64,000 nucleotides of DNA from the human T2T-CHM13v2.0 reference genome, Homo sapiens, in the NCBI RefSeq assembly GCF_009914755.1, contig NC_060927.1. One strand, written 5' to 3'. The translations under genes and the position numbers were made by a program. A model generated the notes under the pieces. That model searched no databases and was not told where the DNA came from. It saw only the letters and a program-made list of their open reading frames with translations. Shown here piece by piece: positions 1-15,569 of the stretch (position 1 is the first letter of the stretch; each line of letters begins with the position of its first letter).

Positions 1-950
1 TCACTGTGGCTGAGGGTCAAGGGCAGGTTCTGCCAACAGGGGAAATGATCAGAAAGCAGAACTGAGACAGACCAGTTCAGGGAGAGAAAATATGGGGCGA
101 GATGCCTCCTTCATCCTTTCACCAGGATTCACACTCAGAGACACCACTCAGCATGCACAGCACCCATTTCCAAAATGCAGACCTATTTGTATGGTCACTC
201 TTCAATCGATGTAATTGCTACAAAAGCTAATAAACTGGAAAGACAGGTTGTGAGGCGAAAGAAAGCCATAGGAAGCAAATAGCCCTTATTTCAAAGCAGC
301 AGGTTTTTGTTTGCTTTGTTTTTTGCTTGAACTGACAGTCAGTAAAGTATTCTTAAATATATTCTAGCACTCAGCTGAACCACCTTGCAACCTGCTTCAT
401 ATACAGGTTCTAGAGGTCATTTTGTAGCAGGACATTTTAAACGGGGGAAAAACAGAAGGAGAAATAAGCAATTGCCTCAAACAAGGAAAACAGTCTCTTT
501 ACTTCATAGTGAAAAGAAAAAACAGACTAAGTTTCTTGCATCCTTTTGAATCCAAAAGCAATAAATACAGGAAATGTTAAATAATGAGAGCAAAATAAAA
601 ACCAATGTCCATTTGTTAGTATGGCTAACATAATTGAGAGGTGGATGACTGCCAGAAGCAGGTGAAGGTCAGTTGACTGGCAAATCCTCCAATTTTGCCC
701 TAGAACTTTCAGAATGAGCTCCCCACCACTGACCCCCACTTCCAGTCACTTTAACCAAGATGCCCATCATCCTCTGTCTGTAGCATTCTCACTGCATTTC
801 CAAATTACTCCAGGTTTTCCTGTTCCTACTTTTATGACCATCTGAAATCCAGATTCTTAAAAGTGCTTTTTAAAATATCCCATCATCTTTCATTTCTGTT
901 AGCTACTTTTCTTTCTCCTTATCACTGCCCTAAATCCAGTTTTCAGTTAT

Positions 951-951
951 C

Positions 952-986
<35 letters not shown>
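951..986. repeat. (CT)n microsatellite
   Basis: ctctctctgtctctct... dinucleotide run with one interruption. Confidence 0.9.
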
Positions 987-2029
987 GAGACCATTTTCAT
1001 TGCTTTTTACCTGGTTTATATTCAGTATATTGACTTTCTGATCCATCTTCCATATAGTCCCAGCATTATAAATGGACAAATGAATGAATGAGGCCTAGAC
1101 TCCTTAACCTGGTCTTTGAGACCAACCACACCCACCAACCACATCACCCCTCGAAGGTCTTCTCCCACTTCTGGACACTCACTCCACATCTCCACACCAA
1201 CCAACCGCCATTCCATCCCGTGTTGACCCTGTCAGAATTTAACACTCCTTTCTTTAGGAGGCACTTCCGTGACAAATGGTTTTTCACACTAAGGTAGCAT
1301 TTAATAGAAGGTAACTTTTATCACTGGACACCTATGCAGTTTCAGCTCACCACAGATTTAACCATGTCTTATCTATAATGCCTTACTGTGCCCCTAAGTA
1401 CCTAAGTAACAAAATAGGGGTTGCAACAGCAGCAGTGGTGTTCCCACCTGAGTGTCACTCAATGCATGCACGCTGAATATGCAAATGAATCAATGACCCA
1501 AACAGAAAAATAGCTGAAAATATTTATTTTGCACTACGCTAAATGTTCCACATACATTTCTGGTGTTTTTGGTGTTTTGTTTTTTTTTTTATTCTCAAAA
1601 GACTTACAAGTACAGGCGCACCTTGTTTGATGGTGCATTGCTTTACTGTGCTTCTCAGATAGTTGTGTTTTTTACAAATTGAAGGTCTGTGGCAATCCTG
1701 CATCGAGCAAGTGAGCACCACTTTTCCAACTGCAGGGTTCACATGCGTCTCTGTGTCACATTATGGTAATTCTCTTAATCTTTCAAACGTTTTCATTGTT
1801 ATTATATGTTATGGTGATCTGTGATCTTTGATGTTACTATTGTAATTGTCTTGGGGCACCATGAATCACACTCATAGTGTGTTCTGACTGCTCCACAACC
1901 AGCTGTTACCCCAGCTCTCTCCCTCCCCATGGGCTTCCCTATTCCTTGGGACATAACAACTTTGAAGTTAGGCCAGTGCATAATCCTACAGTGGCCTCTA
2001 AGTGTTCAAGTGAATGGAAGAGACACATA

Positions 2030-2982
2030 TCCTTCACCCTAAGTCGAAAGACAGAAATGGTTAAGCTTAGTGAGGAGAGCATGTCAAAAGCTGAGATGGG
2101 CTGAAAGGCAGGCCCCTTGTGCCTAACAGTTCGCCTAGCTGTGGATGCAAAGGAAAAGTTCTTGAAGGAAATTAAAAGTGCTACCCCAGTGAACACATGA
2201 ATGATAGGAAAGTTAAACAGCATTGTTGTTAATATGGGGAAAGATTTGGTGGTCTAGATAGAATACCAAAAGCCAATGTCCAATCCAGAGCATGGCCCTA
2301 ACTCTCTTCAATTCTCTGAGAGCTGAGAGAGGTGATGAAGCTGCAGAAGAAAAGTTTGAAGCTAGCAGAAACTGGCTCATGAGATTTAAGGAAATAAGTC
2401 ATCTCTATAACATAGAAGTGCAAAGTGAAGTCACCAGTGCTGCCGTGGAAGCTGCAGCAAGTTATCCAGAGGCTCCAGCTAAAATAACCGATGAAGGTAG
2501 CTACAGTAAACAGCGTTTCAATGGAGATGAAACAGTCTTGCATTCAGAGAAGATGTCAATGCAACTTCCATAGTTTGAGAGAAATTAATGCCTGGCTTCA
2601 AAACTTTAAAGGGCAGGCTGACTCTCTTGTTAGAAGCTAATGCAGCTGGTGACTTTAAATGGAAGCCAATGTCCATCTACCATTCCGAAAATCCTAAGGT
2701 CTTTAAGAATTACACTAAATCTACTCTGCCTGTGCTCTATAAATGGAATAGCAAAGGCTAGATAACAACACATCTGTTTACAGCGTGGTGAATTACTGAA
2801 TATTTTAAGCCCACAGTTGAGACCCACTGCTCAGAAAAAAAGATTCTTTTCAAAATATTTCTGCTCACTGACAATGCACTTGGTCACTCAAGCACTCTGA
2901 TGGAGATGTACAATAAAACTAATGTTGTTTTCAGTCTGCTGATACAATATCTATTCTGCAACTCATGTACCAATGAGTAATT
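2030..2982 (+). pseudogene. Decayed Tigger1 (pogo/TIGD1-like) transposase remnant
   Basis: ORF pieces LSEESMSKAEMG and [33 protein letters not shown]...[15 protein letters not shown] is present near 2862. The QPMDQGVI motif is degraded to QLMYQ*VI. Multiple stops and frameshifts. Confidence 0.85.
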
Positions 2983-3009
2983 GTGAAGTAAAATTGAAGG
3001 CTCAGATGA

Positions 3010-3327
<318 letters not shown>

Positions 3328-3504
3328 AATAAGGTATTTTTAAATTAAGATATGTATATTTTTAGACAAAATGTTATTGTACACTTAATACAGTATAGGG
3401 TAATGGGAAACAAAAAATTTGTGCGATTCACTTTATTGCAATATTCACTTTCTAGTGGTGGTGTAGAACTGAACCCACAATATCTTTGAGGTATACCTCT
3501 ATGC

Positions 3505-3640
3505 AGTATCATCTCCATTTTACAAATAAGGAAACTGAAGTTCCAGTTTCTAAAACACAGAGTCAAAACACAGAAGTGCCAGGATTCAGTACTAGGTCTG
3601 TATACTCTAGAACCCATTCTCTTGATGACTAACCTCCTCT
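3505..3640 (-). mobile_element. MIR fragment
   Basis: ccattttacaaataaggaaactgaag MIR core. Confidence 0.65.
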
Positions 3641-3721
3641 CCACTTTCTCTCTCCTCCTTTTCTACCTCCTCCATTTACAGGATAGAAAATGAAGCTTCA
3701 AAGAAGTTATAAAGCAAGACA

Positions 3722-4029
<308 letters not shown>

Positions 4030-4199
4030 GCAAGACAAAGGCAGAATCAGAGACCTACATGTTGTCATGTTTCCAATGTTCAGAATAAAATCACTCAGGA
4101 GGAGACTCTGATTGCATTCAGAGGGGACACTCTGGTCTTATTAGAGGTCTGGTTTGAGGCAGTAACTTACAGTCGCTTGCACACAGACTCTAACACTAA

Positions 4200-4345
4200 A
4201 CCTGGAGACTCCACACTTAGGTTTAAAATCCAGCTGCAATTCTTTTAACTTTGCAACCTTGAGCAGATCACTTCACTACTCTAAATCTCAGTTTTCCCAT
4301 GAGTTAAATGAGAATCACAATGCCTATCCTACCTGATTGCTATAA
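4200..4345 (+). mobile_element. MIR fragment
   Basis: accttgagcagatcacttcactactctaaatctcagttttcccat. Confidence 0.65.
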
Positions 4346-4472
4346 GGAGAAATAAGGAAACGGGAAATTAGGCAATAAGCACCAGGAAGAAAAGACCCAG
4401 TTAATCTTTCTCATGGCTCTACCTCAGCACCTGGCATTGCCCTTGCGTGTTTTCTGAAATCTGAATCACAGG

Positions 4473-4783
<311 letters not shown>

Positions 4784-5727
4784 AAATCACAGCATTTTTG
4801 GTTTTTCTCTTATCTACTAATTATCTTCTGTCTGTTTGAGATCTAAGCATAGTAACTGATTTAAAAAGAAAAATAATAACAATGATGAGGACATTATTAT
4901 CACCCTAAAACATAAGCAAAGGAAAAAATGATCACATACTACAGCCAGCAAACAAGAAAAAAGTACTTGCACTTCATTACAGCTGCTATGACTGCATGCT
5001 TTTCACAATAAAAGAGACTTAAAGGTAGAAAAAAGAAAGGCAAGCAGAAATATGAATAAATAGATTAAGAAACCCAGCTGATATTCTAACTGCCTAATCA
5101 AAAACAACAGGCCCTGCAAAATAATTGAAAGATCTGCTCAGAGAGAAGCAATTGAAGGCTCAAATTGAACAGTCTCGGCAATTTGTGGGAGAAGAGATAT
5201 TCTGAAATGGCATAATGTAAGAACAAAGAACAAAGCATTTTTATCTGGCTCCCAAACAATTAAATGAACCTGCCAATTCCATGTGGAAGATGGGCTTTAA
5301 AGAACTGCAGTCGTGTCAAGGGAACATTCAAAGTCAGCCAGAATTCATTAGATGCCAGAGGAGAAACAGCTACAGATTTCTAAACAGGCATCTCCAACCC
5401 AGGCCAGAAGGAGCCGAGCACAGCCTAGAGCTGCTGGAGACTCAAAGAGAAACCATTCTTCTATCCCTTTCAGCGTGCGCATCTTGCCGAACTTCTGGAC
5501 CCAGTTCCTGCCATAAGCGTGACTACTCCACGTGTACATAATCCCTGTGGAATTACAAAAATTAGGCTAAAGAGAAAAAAAAAAACCTGGTTGTGGGTTA
5601 GGAAGGCATATGATCAATCCTGACTCTGCCTTCCATGCAGATAGGGAAGAAGACTCCTCCTTCTGAGACCATCTCATCTGTGACATGGGACAAAGGTGGA
5701 AACATGCTGCACGAGGAATTCAGTTCA

Positions 5728-6109
<382 letters not shown>

Positions 6110-9100
6110 TCACTGAAAAGTTAAGGCCAACATGTTTTAATGCATATATCATAAGAGACACATGGGACCTGAGGCCAAAAAAGAGAAAAGAGAGAACAGA
6201 CTTATGTCTCCCACCAGCTATCTCCTGCCCCTCAGGACACTGTCTCATGGATGGGGCTCCCAACCCCATGTCACCAGCACCATTTCCACTGTTCTCATTC
6301 TCTCAATTTTTTCCAAGTCACACTCCTGGAATTTAAAGGACATAAAATATAACATCATATTATAATTCATATCTGAATCCTAAAGATGTCTGAAGACCAA
6401 TACATCAAAACAAATGTGAACGGACCATGCAAACGACAAAGTATTTTACAAATAATGTTATTCCTTTGACAAGTTGTGAACTTCTGCAGATCAGGATTCA
6501 CATTTCCCCCTCAGCATTTCTAGTATTTAATACTGAATGCTTATCATACTTTCTAGGAACTCAATTAAAAAATGGACAGATAGACAGATGGAGCTATGAA
6601 TCAACCAGCCCTGAATGTGCAGTCTATTGCAGGTTATAAAGGACACAAGGTATGTCCCCAGGCCTGTCAGTTAACTGCTCACAATCTACTTGGAGAGGAT
6701 ATCCTCCCAGGAAGAAGACAGTGTCAAAGACAATATACTTCTATTTACAGGTATACAGGTATTGCAATATAGGCTCTATTTACAGCGTACAAACCATCAG
6801 CATAAACCATGAAACAATCTGTGAGCTGGAACCATCCACAAAGGATTCCTGCACACGGTGAGAATTTTATCATACAAAATGGAAAAACCTTGGCTCCAGG
6901 AAAGCTCTTAGGAATCAGTTAGTCAACTTCCTGATTTTAAGGTTGAGAAAACTAAGCCTTTGGAAGGGGTTCATGTGTGCTGGGCTCACAGAGCAACTTC
7001 CACAGCAAAGCCATGCTGGCCGGCTCCAACAGCGTCACACAAAGCCCACGGACCCAGAGGGATCCTGATCCATCCCTGAGCAGTACTGCACAACACAGAG
7101 CAAATCGTGTTTCACCTCAATGAGAAGAGCAGCAAAACAAGCCTGATAAAAATATTCACTCCAAAATAATGTATTAAGTACCATGAGGAAAAATGCTAGA
7201 CGGCACTAGAAGAGAGTACACACACAGATACATGCATACTCTCTCATCTTCCACTGTCTCTCAATCTCTCCCTCCTGTCAAACCACCCCCACCCCCGACA
7301 TGGTTGCTGCCCAAAATAGATCTCAGACAGTGCCAGATGAGGAGCGGGGGAAGAAGACAGCACTTTTGCTGTCAGATCCTAACTCAGATTTCACCTTTCC
7401 AGTAAGACCTCCCTCTTGGAACATCCTATTTAAAGTTATAACCCCATCCCTGCCCTACCATCTAACATCCTACATGCACACTTTTTCTCTCTCCCCTGAG
7501 TAAACTAAGGGCTCTGAGCAATGATCTGTGTGTTTTCTTCAGCACTTTATCCACAGTACCAAGCCCAGAGCCTCAGACATATTAGGTACTCAATAAAATG
7601 TCTTTTGAAAAGAATGAATAAACAAATGAATAAAAGCAGAAATCAGAGGAGGCTTTGTGAAGAAGACACCATTTGAAATCACCTTTAAATGGACGGTGTT
7701 CAGAAAAAGTAGACATTGACAAGAACTGAGACCACAGTTAAACATCCCATGTGGAGGAAACAATATGGAAAAGTATTTAGACTTTTCGAGCCTGACCAAC
7801 ATGGAGAAAGTGTGGGGGAAGTGTGGGGCTGGAATAGCACCAACGACAGGTTCCTCTGTCTGAAATGTAAGATGCATAAATGAAACTAAAGCAGAAAGGA
7901 TGCAGAATGAAGCCCAAAATGTGGAAAGTGTATAAACAAGGGTGGAGGGCCACCACTCACTCTCAGGAGACCACCCTGGTGTCCCCAAAATTACAGGCCT
8001 TGTTAGAAAGCAATTCACCTGGGGTGGTGTAAAGGATGATTCCTGAAAGCCAATGAATGTAGGACAGGCCTCCAAACTGTGCCCCACATGGCCGAGTAGT
8101 TTTCTGAGCCAAAAGCCTACCTCCCTCTTCACTCTTGGCTACGTGCTGACCGACCCAGAAAAGCCAACCAGGGTCTCCCCAGCACAGCAGAGCAGTGATT
8201 TTCTACATCCAGTTCAGATTCATGCCACAAACTGCTAGGCAGAAACTGACCCTGATGTAGAAGGCTGTTTTTAAAATGTGGGCATTATTTTATTTTGTTT
8301 ATTTCTTTATCTATTTATTTATTTATCTATTAATTTTAATGTTGCAAAGACTGATCTGGGAAACAAGTATATTTCAAAAGGAGAAATGTCATTAGCATGC
8401 ATAAAAAATAAAGGCAGTAGAATATTGATAGTGGCAATTTAAGAAAGCTGGCACAATGCACTTCTCCAATCCACAGAAATTGAGAGAAAATATAGTCCAC
8501 ATTGCAAATTAAATGGAGATAGTGTGGCTTCAGGATGCAAGCAGTTGCTGAATATGCAGAGACAGTCTGCACATGGTGCCAGCCCGCCCTGGGAGCCAGC
8601 TCTGCCAGCAGAAGTGGAAGACTTTATCAAGTCTTGAGAAAACGCAAGGACTGGGGCAACTTCCCCTCCTTATGTCCCTGTCTCAGAGGGCAACAATGTC
8701 TCCCAGCTAATCCAGACACATCTGAAATAAATCCATAGACACCACAGAGGAACCCAATCAGTATTTTAGTGAGAAAGGTTTTAAATACCAATTCTGTGTA
8801 TTTACCTTCCTTTATTCCATAAACAAAAGCAGAATGAGAAAATAAATAACATAAGCTGATGATTTCTGAAGTGCTAGAGTAGTTTAAAAGAAAGAGCATT
8901 AAACTAGAAACGAAAAGGCTGAACACCATTCCTGGTTTAGGTGGACACACAAGTGGCCTCAGGCAAATCACTGGACTTCTTCGGGCCTTAGCTTACCTTG
9001 CTGACTGCATCTTGGCTAAAACTAAATGGGAATTATTCTAACAACCCTTCAAGTTGATGCTATTATTAACCCAATTTTACAAAGTACTTTCTCCAAAGTC

Positions 9101-9455
9101 ACAAACAAGAAGTGGAGCCAGGTATGCAGATCTGACCTCTGGGCTCGGTTCTCAATCCTTCGAGTTACCATCTCCAAGTCCCCTGTGGTTCTGGTTGTGA
9201 CCATCTCTGCATTCATTCAAATAGGAAGGGGCTGGGACTGCCAGCATCTGCGGGCATCTAATTAGTACCCAAGTGTCACAGGAGACCCTGCTAAATGGTA
9301 TGAGAGAGCTGCATCCTCCTCAGTTGCCTAGAGTAACAGTACAAAATCCTAAAGCCTTTTCCATAGCTATCCCCAAATTACGTCTGGGTCCTGTTCTGAT
9401 AAGGTGTTTGGGAATAAAGCAGCAGCACAGTGACCTTTAACATAGACCCATTTCG

Positions 9456-9757
9456 GGCCAGGTGCGGTGGCTCACGCCTGTAATCCCAGCACTTTGGGAG
9501 GCCAAGGCGGGTGAATCACCTGAGGTCGGGAGTTCGAGACCAGCCTGACCAACATGGAGAAACCCTGTCTCTACTAAATACGAAATTAGCCGGGCGTGGT
9601 GGCGCATGCCTGTAATCCCAGCTACTCGGGAGGCTAAGGCAGGAGAATCACTTGAACCCGGGAGGTGGAGGTTTGCGGTGAGCCAAGATCACGCCATTGC
9701 ACTCCAGCCTGGGCAACAAGAGCAAAACTCCATCCCAAAAAACAACAAAAAAACAAA
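9456..9757 (+). mobile_element. AluSp
   Basis: ggtcgggagttcg...ctgaccaacatggagaaacc; 16-bp TSD aacatagacccatttc (9439-9454, 9758-9773). Confidence 0.94.
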
Positions 9758-9899
9758 AACATAGACCCATTTCTATCATGAACCATGTCTCTACTCTCCC
9801 CCCACCAAAATCCATTATCATGCAAGGTGCAATGACAACATTACAATAAAAGTGTTTCAACAAACTGGGGCAACAGGCCAGGTACAGCAGAGTAAAATA

Positions 9900-10480
9900 C
9901 AACCACACAAGAGCCAAGCCTTGGTCTTGTGGCCAAAATGCTCAACAGTACAATGCTCAAGGAACACAGTTTAGCAACATTACATGAAACCAACAGTAAA
10001 TTCAAATGTTTCAAGAGTGTGCTTTGGCGGCCAAGATTGTGTGACTGAAGCTGCATGAACAGAAGCAGACTCCCTGGAAGGAAATGTATCTGCTTTCATC
10101 TGTGCTGCTCTTACCACACCTGTTTCAACCAACACCCTGAAAGTTCTGCCAACGTGGAGGAAGTGAGGTAAGGAAACTATAGACTGGATGATGATTTGAA
10201 GGAACTGGGAACATTCAGAAAGGAGGCCAGGAGCACCATCTTAAAACCTTAAAGCTCCCTCTCTCCTCTGAAACATAAGTAGGATTGTATTCCATGTTCA
10301 TTCGAATTGTAGAATAATAGAGACAGCAGGGAGATAAATTTGGGTTCAATAATAATAATTCTCAGAAAGCTGCTGCCCAAATATACAAATTTGCCTCTAG
10401 AAGAAGTAACTTCCTCAGGGTGCTGAAACAGAGGCTGGGCGACCATTTAGAGGAGAGACAGGAGTCAAGATTCCATGATA
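9900..10480 (+). mobile_element. L3/CR1 LINE 3' fragment
   Basis: tttgggttcaat...gcctctagaagaagtaacttcctc...aaacagaggctgggcgaccattt resembles the CR1/L3 3' region; 5' boundary uncertain. Confidence 0.55.
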
Positions 10481-10491
10481 AGAACAATGTA

Positions 10492-11292
10492 CAGTTGTCA
10501 GTTGAATTGTGTCCTGCAAAACAGGTATGTTCAGGTCCTACTCCTCCTGCTCCTTTAACTGTGAGTAACAGAGTCTTTGTAGGGTGCTCACACTGAATTA
10601 AGGTGGGCCCTGAATCCAATGACTCATACACTTAAGAGAAAAGGGAAAGTCGGACGCGGACATACACAGATGGGAGATGGCTGCTGCGGTCCATTTGGGC
10701 TGCTATAACAAAATATCTTAAACTGGTAATTTATAAACAATGTAAATGTATTGTTCATAGTTCTTGAGGCTGGGAAGTCCAAAGTCAAGGCACTGGCAGA
10801 TTCCGTGCCTGGGGGAGGCTTGCGCTCTGCCTCAAAAAATGGTGCCCTGTTGCTGCACACTCCCATGGCAGAAAGGAGAAGTGGCTCCTTGAGGCCTCTT
10901 TTGTAAGGGCACTAATCCCACTGACAAGGGCAGAGACCTCATGACCTAATCACCTGCTGAAGGTTCCATCTCTTAATACTACAGCACTGGGGATTAGGTT
11001 TCAATGTATGAATTTTGAGGGGACACAAACATTCCAAACCATAGCAATCATTATAGAGGCAGAAACTGAAGTGTTGCAGCTACAAGATAAGGAACACCAA
11101 GGGTTGCCAAGCAGCCACCAGAGGCTAGGAAGAGGCAAGGAAAAATTCTCCCCTAAAGCCTTCAGAGGGAGCACTGGCCTGCCAGGTCCTTGAGTTCAGA
11201 CTTCCAGACTCCAGAACTGTGAGGGAACACATCTGTTTTGGGCCACCCAATTTGTGGTGATTTGTTACAGCAGCCCTAGGAAACTAACGCAT
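10492..11292 (+). mobile_element. MLT1C-like MaLR solo LTR, split by a second LTR
   Basis: gttgaattgtgtcc...ggtgggccctgaatccaatgac; resumes gaggcagaaactgaagtg and ends cagcagccctaggaaactaac. Confidence 0.85.
10682..11046 (-). mobile_element. MLT1A0-like MaLR solo LTR nested in MLT1C
   Basis: gtccatttgggctgctataacaaaata...ggggacacaaacattccaaaccatagca is a reverse MLT1A-type LTR. Confidence 0.85.
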
Positions 11293-11561
11293 ACACAAAC
11301 ACCCAACTCGGTGACATTCTGTCTATATCTACGGGACTAACGGTTGTTTTCCAAGTGGGAATTGTGATGGGGCACTAACATTAATTCTTGAATCAAAAGG
11401 AACGTTAGCACATGGTGTAAGTTTAGTTTTTTTTCTTTTTAACTCATTCATACACTTATTAAATATTTACTGAGTACTTAATATGTGACAAAACTTCTGC
11501 AGTGCCCTATGAAGACAAGGACGAAGAAGACATGATTCCTGTCCTCAAAGAGCTCACTGTC

Positions 11562-11915
11562 TACTACAGTCTGTTTGTGTCCCCCCAAAATTCACATTGA
11601 AATCCTAATCCCCAAGGTGATGATTATTGGGAGATGGAGCCTCCAGGAAGAGGCCAGGTCGTAAGAGCAGAGCCCTCATGAATGGGATTTCTGCACTTGA
11701 GACTTCAGAGCTCCCTTTCTCCTTCCATCAGGTGAGGACACAGTGAAACAACAGCTGTCTGTGAACCAGGAAAGGGAGCTTCGCCAGACACCAAACCTGC
11801 CAGAGCCTTGATCTTAACCTTTCCAGAAGCCAGAACTGTGAGAAATTAATTTCTGTGGTTTATAACCCACCCAGTCTATGATATTTTGTTACAGCAACCT
11901 GAATGGACTAAGACA
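11562..11915 (+). mobile_element. MLT1A0-like MaLR solo LTR within L2-like sequence
   Basis: tgtgtccccccaaaattca...aatggactaagaca terminal. Confidence 0.85.
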
Positions 11916-12320
11916 CTCCCCACCAAGAAAATGTAAAAACATAATGTGACAGATGTCTTTACATCAGTAGTGGATGCTGTGACAGAGGCATTTACAAACA
12001 CAGAGGTATGAAAAAGTGAAGAATAATCCTCTGTGGCAGTGGGTATCAGGGAAAGCTTTCTGTAAAGTTTACATTTGTGCTAGATCTTTAAAAAGTAGGT
12101 GTGCTCCAGGTGAGCAAGGTAGGGAAGTACTTTCTAGGCATGTCAAAAGGCCTTGGCCTAACTCTTCCAGATACAGATAAATGTGGGGAATAAGGAGGGA
12201 AGGACAAGAAATAAACCTCAAGAGCTGTGCTGAAGTACCCCAGTTTGTGTGTGAACTGGTCCAGGAAACCCCGCAGGTGCTCAGACAGTCCTCTTTTTAA
12301 TGTTATCATCATTACTGTTA

Positions 12321-12735
<415 letters not shown>

Positions 12736-13713
12736 TCCCAACTCCAATTTTTAAGAGTCATATTCAGTGACTGCCCTCTCACCCAGAGCACTGTTATTTC
12801 TACTATTTCATTTTTAGAGTGACTCCAGTTCCACATTCCTCCTCCTACACTGCTTATATACCCACCTTGCAGTTTCAATGGGAATATTAAAATACTCACA
12901 GATGAAAAACCAGACAGAAGACATCTCAGATGGTTTTCCCTCACCCCCAACAGATTTTTAATTCATTCATTTCTCCTCAATCTGGCCTACAGAGAAGGGA
13001 GAGGCTGAAATGAAAGTAACAGCTGCTTCTCAACGGTGGAGGAGCATGAGGATGTCAGTGTGTCGCGCTTGACAGCTGTGAACAATCTTAGAACATAATT
13101 ATGTAACCTCCTGCATGTGGAGCTTTCCACCCTTCCAGAACACTCTCATGTGTCCCTGAGCTTTATTCTTACAGCAACCCAGGGAGCTGATCAGCATGAA
13201 TGAGGCTGGAAGGAGGCTCAGAGGTAGGTGAACTGCAAGGTAGAAGATGACCCAAGATTAGCCCTCAGTCTCCTGCTCCCAGGATGCTGTCACCTTTCAT
13301 AGTTTTGCTTGATTTTCATAGGAAGCATGTAGAAGGGCTTGTGGGATTGTATATTGGAGAAATGGTTCAGCAGGAGTATGTAGAAATTCAAAGTACATGC
13401 ATTAACATTCCACTGGAAGGGCAAGAAGAGCAAGTACTGATTTGCTTCATCTTACAAGTAAGAGACATTTCAGAAACATGATCAAATTAACCACACCTCT
13501 GCATTCTGAATTTGGGAGTCCTAAGAAAAGAGTTAAGGATAAAGTGAGAATTGAAGCTGTAAGATGCCTGTGGCTGTGATGAAGCTTAGAGAAGCAGATT
13601 TGGTCTACCAGGCCCCCTCCCAATCTTCCCCAACCCCCACCCCATCCTCACCATTCTTCTGTGTTCAACATATGATTGTCTTTATCAGCCACCTTTAAGA
13701 AGTTGCTGATCCC

Positions 13714-14003
13714 TGCCTGTAATCTCAGCACTTTGGGAGGTGAAGGCAGGAGGATTGCTGGAGCCCAGGAGTTTGAGAACAGCCTAGGCAACATAGTAAG
13801 ACTCTGTCTCTACAAAAAATAAAAAATTAGCTGGGTGTGGTGGCTTATGCCTGTAGTACCAGCCACTCTGGAAGCTGAGGCGGGAGGATTGCTGGGGCCG
13901 GGGAGGTTGTTGAGGCTGCAGTGAGCCATGATTGTACCACTGTACTCTGGCCTGGGCAGCAGAGGAAGATCCTGTCTAAAAAAATAAATAAATAAAAAAA
14001 AAA
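13714..14003 (+). mobile_element. AluJ, slightly 5'-truncated
   Basis: J diagnostics ggaggattgct, gcccagga; degenerate TSD aagaagttkctgat. Confidence 0.9.
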
Positions 14004-15569
14004 GAAGTTTCTGATTCCAAGGGTAATGATGAAATGAACTCATCAGAAACTGAGACTAGAGCCACTGACCCTTGTGTACCAACAGATTTTTCTTCTTAAA
14101 TATCATTATTTCAAGCTAATTGTTCATCTCTAAGGCTCAGAATTTCCCCAAAATGCTCAGGTTAGGAAAACAACAGCAAACTTTAAATATATACTAAAAT
14201 TACAATGTACAAGTGTAAGCAGGAATCACATTCTTCCTGAAAGAACTAAAAACATCACTGGCAAAGTCTCTTTAATTTGCTGGGATTAAAAAAACAAAAG
14301 AACATCAATTAGATTGCGTCTTCTGGTTAGATCTCTCTTTCTCTGAGAGGGGAACTGACGCAAGGAAATCAAAGAATGTTACATTTAATTAATTTATTCA
14401 CCTTGACCTACTCCCAGCCCAATATGTATGCTGTTGAGATTTCTTTTTACCTGATTTAGAATGTTAAAGATAGAATGCATCTCAGCATGCATACGTGCAC
14501 GTGTATGTAGACATGCACGTACACATCCACATTTAATTCTGAATTAATTTATTCTTTCTCAGGTCCCTTAGGTCATAAATGAATTCTAAATTAACATAAC
14601 TGTCTGGCTTATCCATGAAGACTGCCTGTTCTTGAGGCATGATACATGAAATGTAAGAATATTAAAAAAATAAAAATTGTCCTCACACCAGGTAAAAGAT
14701 AACTTAGGAGAGAAGAAAGTTCCCATCTTTAGAAGAGGAGACTTAATTGGATTTCTGACCAATTGCTGAAATACCCTCCATTACCATGTGCTCTGACCAT
14801 CTCTCCCCTCCCGCTTCACACACCTAGAAACTGACATCAAGTCCTACATGAGGAAAAGAATGTAAATTTTCCTTCCTCCCAGAAGGGAGAAGGAATGGGG
14901 AAAGCTGTTTTCCCTCCCTCTCAGCTTTCTCCCTTGTGCGCCTGCATGCACACCAGATGGTGTGAAGCCGCAGGTTGGAGGGAGACAATAAACCCAGAAA
15001 CTATTGCAATATTAGGTTATAAAATGACTGACTTTCCAACAGGCATGCATCAGTGGCTCACTGATGAATGGGAGGAGTATTGGGTAGAGGGAGGAAAAGG
15101 CTGCTCAAATAAGGAGCTGTAATCTTCAGCCCCTTGTACCCCGACCTCCACACACCTCCCAGGAAGCAAAAATGCAACAAGCAAAGATGCCCTCTACAAC
15201 ACAATCAAAACAGGCTCTCTCTCTCTCTGGCTGAGAAAGGGTCCCAGCAGAGTCATGGAGCCTGAGGCTGATACAAAGCAGCTCCCTCAAAACTGACAAG
15301 CACCATTCTGTCAGTATCTTATTTGCAAAGAAAAAACAATATACCCTGGCTGTCACCCCACTATGTACCTCCATGGCTCAGTGACACAGAGCAAAAGGAG
15401 AAGGTAGCAGAAAGTGGTGAGTACAGGTACTCTGGCTGGTTAGGGTACAGGTTTCTGTCCTGGTTGCTGTTTTTTATTTCTAAAGAGAGGGCTCAGAGAA
15501 ATTGGACTAACTGCTGCTCCTCTCAGGCCTCAAGTTTTTCATCTGAGAAAAGGTTATGTGACTAGATGG

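Noticed and set aside
2292-2573. TIGD1-like ORF as a domesticated transposase gene
   Set aside because: Fragmented by stops and frameshifts, third catalytic motif destroyed, large internal deletion, and still bounded by Tigger1 TIRs.
7590-8132. 180-aa minus-strand ORF
   Set aside because: No recognisable domain, non-ATG start, and it ends in an L2-type (CATT)n tail (FIHLFIHSF).
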